Assembly (NCBI GenBank): GCA_016177705.1
Contig: JACOUT010000009.1
Span: forward strand, 48,057-112,056
DNA: 64,000 nt
Reading direction: 5' to 3'
Source of the DNA: Deltaproteobacteria bacterium
GTDB taxonomy: Bacteria > Myxococcota > UBA727 > VGSZ01
The translations under genes and the position numbers were made by a program. The notes under the pieces were generated by a model. That model was given only the letters and a program-made list of their open reading frames with translations. It did not search any database and had not been told where the DNA came from. Below, one piece after another: positions 60,728-64,000 of the stretch; position 1 is the first letter of the stretch, and each line of letters starts with the position of its first letter.

Positions 60728-62992
60728 CTACTCCTCGAGGTCGGACAGCCCCGCGCGCTTCCACAGCCGGGTGAGCGGCGCCGGCGCCCACCAGTTCCAC
60801 GCGCCCATCAGCCGCATGGTGGCCGGCACCAGCAGCGCGCGGATCACGGTGGCGTCGAGCGCGATGGCCAGCGCCATGCCGACGCCGAGCGTCTTCATGA
60901 ACAGGATCTTGGAGGTGGCGAAGGCGCCGATGACGACGACGAGCAAGAGCGCGGCGCTGGTGATGAGCCGGCCGGTGCGCGCCAGGCCGTGCGCCACCGA
61001 CAGCGCGTTGTCGCCGGTGCGCAGGAATTCCTCGCGCACGCGCGTCAACAGCAGCACCTCGTAGTCCATCGACAGGCCGAACACGACGGCGAACATCAAC
61101 AAGGGCTGCGTGGCATCGGAGATGCCGAGCGGCGAGTAGTCGAGCAGCGTCGCGAAGCGGCCGTCCTGAAACACCCAGACGATGGCGCCGAAGCTGGCGG
61201 TCAACGACAGCGAGTTCATTACCATCGCCTTGAGCGGCAACGTCACCGAGCCGAACACGACGAACAAGACGACGAACATGATGAGCGCGACGAAGCCGAC
61301 CATCCACGGCGTGATGCGCCGGAAGCACTCCTGCATGTCCCACAGGACGGCCGCGATGCCGCCGACTTGAACGCGGCCGCCGGGCGGCGGCTCGAGGGAC
61401 CGCAGCGCTGCCACCTGATCGAGCGCGCGCTGGTCGTTGAACACGTGGTCGGAGACGGCGGCGAAGCGCATGATGCCGCCGCGCGTGAACAGCTCGAGCC
61501 CGGCGAGCACGTTGGCATCCTGCTCGGCTCTCGGCTTGGCGAGCAGCGCGAGCACGCGGTCCTTGCCGACGGTGTCGGCCGGCGCGAACGGCGACTGCAC
61601 GGCGGTGATGCCGGGGATAGCGCGCATGCGCTCGTGGAACGCGTACAGCAGCTCGAGGTTGTCGCGCGCGAGCGCCTCGCCCGGCACGCGCACGATCACC
61701 TCGTGCGCGGTCACCTGATGCGGCAGGAAGTCGGCGTCGAGCACGTCGGTGGCGATGCGTGGCTCCGAGTCGGCCGGCAGGATGCGGTGGTCGGCGATCG
61801 ACGGGTTGACGCGCAGGTAGGGCGCGGCGAGCGCGAGCAGCGGCACGGTGACGGCGACCGCTACCAAGACCGGCCGCCGCATGACGCCGAAGGCGACGCG
61901 GTGCCAGAAGCCGTGCTCCTCGTCCTTGGGCGGGCGCGACAGCGAGAAGGGCAGGCGCAGCGCGTCGATGCGCGTGCCGAACAGCGCGAGCAGCGCGGGC
62001 AACAGCGTCAGCGCCAGCAGCATGGCGCCCGAGACCACCGCGATGCCGCCGTAGGCGATGGAGCGCAGGTGCATCTGCGGGAACAACAGCAGGCCACACA
62101 GGCTCGCCGCCACCGTCAGGCCGGAGAACGCTACCGCGCGGCCGGTGGTGGCGACCGTGTGCTCCACCGCGCGCGCCACGTGGCGCGCCGGCGTCTCACC
62201 TGGCTCGGGCGGCCGCGCCAGCTCCTCGCGGTAGCGCGCCACCAGGAACAGCGAGTAGTCGATGCCGAGGCCGAGCCCGAGCACGGTGACGACGTTGGCC
62301 GCGAAGATCGAGATGTCCGTCACCAGCGTCAGCATGCGCATGGCGAAGAAGGCGAACACCACGGCCAGGCCGCCCAGGATGAGCGGCAGCGAGGCGGACG
62401 CGCCGCTACCGAAGATGAGCAGCAGCAGCACCGCGGTGATGGGGAAGGCGAGCAGCTCGGCGTTGCGCAGATCCTCCTCGACGCTCTGGTAGAGCGCTTG
62501 GTTGACCGGCACGTAGCCGGCCAGGATGAGCGAGGTGCCGTCGACCTTGAACAGCGGCCGCAGCCGCTCGAGCGCCTCGCCCTTGCTCTGATCGTCGCCG
62601 CGCAGGTTGACCACCAGAAAGGTGCGCGTGCGGTCGCGCGACACCAGCTGCGTGGCGCCGTGCTCGTAGTAGCTGGTGACGCGCACCACCGACGGGTCTG
62701 CCTTGAGTTGGTCGATGACGCCGAGGACGCCGGTCAACACCTCGATGTCGTCGACGTTGCCACCGCTCGTCACCGTGTAGATGGGCAGGATATCGGGCGC
62801 GCCCACGCCGAGCTCCTCGACGAGCGCGCGATCGACCTGCCAGGAGTCCGCGCTCCAATCCTCGAAGCCGCCGATGCGCAGCAAGCGTACGGCGGGCGCG
62901 CCGAGCACGGCGGCGAGCGGCACCAGCACGACGTAGGCGATCAGGATCCACCAGCGGCGGCGAGCGCAGAAGCGACCGAGCTGGCGGAACAT
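60728..62992 (-). CDS. MMPL-family (RND superfamily) membrane transporter
   Basis: 754 aa from the internal ATG (MFRQLGRFCARRRWWILIAY). Two 6-TM bundles with large periplasmic loops. The GxxxD and SMDYEVLL motifs are typical of MMPL. Confidence 0.8.
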   Translation of the reverse strand: MFRQLGRFCARRRWWILIAYVVLVPLAAVLGAPAVRLLRIGGFEDWSADSWQVDRALVEELGVGAPDILPIYTVTSGGNVDDIEVLTGVLGVIDQLKADPSVVRVTSYYEHGATQLVSRDRTRTFLVVNLRGDDQSKGEALERLRPLFKVDGTSLILAGYVPVNQALYQSVEEDLRNAELLAFPITAVLLLLIFGSGASASLPLILGGLAVVFAFFAMRMLTLVTDISIFAANVVTVLGLGLGIDYSLFLVARYREELARPPEPGETPARHVARAVEHTVATTGRAVAFSGLTVAASLCGLLLFPQMHLRSIAYGGIAVVSGAMLLALTLLPALLALFGTRIDALRLPFSLSRPPKDEEHGFWHRVAFGVMRRPVLVAVAVTVPLLALAAPYLRVNPSIADHRILPADSEPRIATDVLDADFLPHQVTAHEVIVRVPGEALARDNLELLYAFHERMRAIPGITAVQSPFAPADTVGKDRVLALLAKPRAEQDANVLAGLELFTRGGIMRFAAVSDHVFNDQRALDQVAALRSLEPPPGGRVQVGGIAAVLWDMQECFRRITPWMVGFVALIMFVVLFVVFGSVTLPLKAMVMNSLSLTASFGAIVWVFQDGRFATLLDYSPLGISDATQPLLMFAVVFGLSMDYEVLLLTRVREEFLRTGDNALSVAHGLARTGRLITSAALLLVVVIGAFATSKILFMKTLGVGMALAIALDATVIRALLVPATMRLMGAWNWWAPAPLTRLWKRAGLSDLEE

Positions 62993-63091
62993 TCGAGGGC
63001 GGTCCTTCTCGCCACGCAGTCGCGCGGCGCGAGGGAGCCACGATAGACCAGGGGGCTCGCTCGTTTCACGTCGGGCGTCGAGGGCTGCGGT

Positions 63092-64000
63092 ATGCGCATC
63101 ACCATCCTTGCGACCGGCAGTCGCGGCGACGTGCAGCCCTACGTTGCGCTCGGTGTCGGACTGGCGCGGGCGGGGCACGGTGTGCGCGTCGTCACCACCC
63201 GCGACTTCACCGACTTGGTGACCTCGTACGGCCTGCAGGTGGCCACCGTCGACATCGACGTCCAGGCGCTGCTCGCGGCGCGCCGCTCGAGCACCGCCAT
63301 CGAGCGCGGCGGCGTACTGACCTCCTTTCGCGAGCTCGCGAACCTCGCTCGTCGGGGCACGCGCCTGTTCCTCGAGGTGGGCCTCGAGGCGGTGCGCGAC
63401 GCCGACGCCCTCGTCACCGGCTTCGGGGGCCTGTTGGTCGCCGCCACGCTCGCCGAGCGGCTCGGTCTGCCGCTGTTCCAGGCCTACAATGTGCCAATCA
63501 CGCCCACCGCCGAGATGGACGGCGTGCTGTTTCCCGGCGTGTCGGCGCTGCCCGGATCGTGGTCGCGGCGTTTGGCGCACCGGCTGTCGCGCCAGGTGCT
63601 GTGGCAGACGGCGCGCATGGCCGGCAACGCCGCGCGCAAGGAGGTGCTCGGCCTTGGTCCGCTGCCGGCCGCCTGGCCTTTCGACGACGAGCCCTGGCGG
63701 CGCACGCCGCTGCTCTACGGCATCTCGCCGTCGGTGATCGCGCGCCCCGCCGATTGGCCGGCGCGCGCCCGGGTGACCGGCTACTGGCTCGCCGACGAGC
63801 CCACCGCCTGGACGCCGCCGGCCGAGCTGTCGTCGTTCCTCGAGCGCGGCGAGCCGCCCATCTACGTCGGCTTCGGCAGCATGATCACGGAAGATCCGGC
63901 GGCCACCACACAGCTCGTGCTCGACGCCGTCGCACACAGCGGCCGGCGCGCCATCGTCCACACCGGCTGGGCGGGGCTCGCGGCCGATCGCGTGCCTGCC
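63092..64000 (+). CDS. GT1-family glycosyltransferase (MGT/UGT-like), 3'-truncated by the window end
   Basis: MRITILATGSRGDVQPYVALGVGLARAGHGVRVVTT, a classic GT-B N-domain. There is no stop before position 64000. Confidence 0.7.
   Translation, partial: MRITILATGSRGDVQPYVALGVGLARAGHGVRVVTTRDFTDLVTSYGLQVATVDIDVQALLAARRSSTAIERGGVLTSFRELANLARRGTRLFLEVGLEAVRDADALVTGFGGLLVAATLAERLGLPLFQAYNVPITPTAEMDGVLFPGVSALPGSWSRRLAHRLSRQVLWQTARMAGNAARKEVLGLGPLPAAWPFDDEPWRRTPLLYGISPSVIARPADWPARARVTGYWLADEPTAWTPPAELSSFLERGEPPIYVGFGSMITEDPAATTQLVLDAVAHSGRRAIVHTGWAGLAADRVPA

Overview
This is a very GC-rich (~70%) chromosomal segment and looks myxobacterial (Myxococcota). The evidence is the Myxococcus-type cysteine-rich repeats, many lipoproteins, an ECF sigma factor paired with a Ser/Thr kinase, and GTG starts that overlap the upstream TGA stop. 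I found no rRNA, tRNA, CRISPR array or recognisable transposase or integrase.

The best-supported annotations are:
- the rpsP–KH–rimM–trmD ribosomal/tRNA-maturation operon;
- a ParE/ParD toxin–antitoxin pair;
- an ECF sigma, anti-sigma and Spy-like periplasmic protein operon;
- a hybrid histidine kinase;
- a 1562-aa pyruvate:ferredoxin-oxidoreductase-like enzyme;
- an alpha-2-macroglobulin plus PBP1C (yfhM/pbpC-like) pair;
- fabH–fabK, an MMPL transporter and a GT1 glycosyltransferase.

The most system-like region is 13.1–20.0 kb. It holds a co-directional, tightly spaced run of five genes:
- a fatty-acyl-CoA ligase;
- a GH5 lipoprotein;
- a ~300-aa HK97-fold protein I interpret as a Family 2A encapsulin shell;
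- a SufS-like cysteine desulfurase with a ~150-aa disordered Pro/Ala-rich N-terminal extension, which I take to be the cargo;
- an unusual rhodanese–HTH(XRE)–cupin fusion protein.

Other loci worth a second look:
- two adjacent lipoprotein genes whose N-termini carry near-perfect (Gly-Glu)n tethers encoded by 12-nt tandem repeats;
- a ~60-bp relic copy of the 3' end of the neighbouring elbB gene, diverged only at synonymous sites, which flanks one of those lipoprotein genes;
- an ECF sigma (TRWSLI-type), then a small low-GC membrane ORF, then a Ser/Thr kinase with an N-terminal Zn ribbon;
- a 13-bp perfect palindrome upstream of that ECF sigma gene;
- a pair of cysteine-rich secreted proteins joined by a GTGA start/stop overlap;
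- a cluster of Zn-ribbon, Abi/CPBP protease, two unknown ORFs and an SPFH protein;
- a three-gene secreted-protein operon with InlB-type B repeats.

Many long Arg/Pro/Ala-rich ORFs in the six-frame track are antisense or out-of-frame artefacts of the high GC content and are not annotated as genes. All coordinates come from manual reading of the sequence and the ORF track. No database searches were run. Any call stated as a specific coordinate rather than a range should be taken as ±1 codon.
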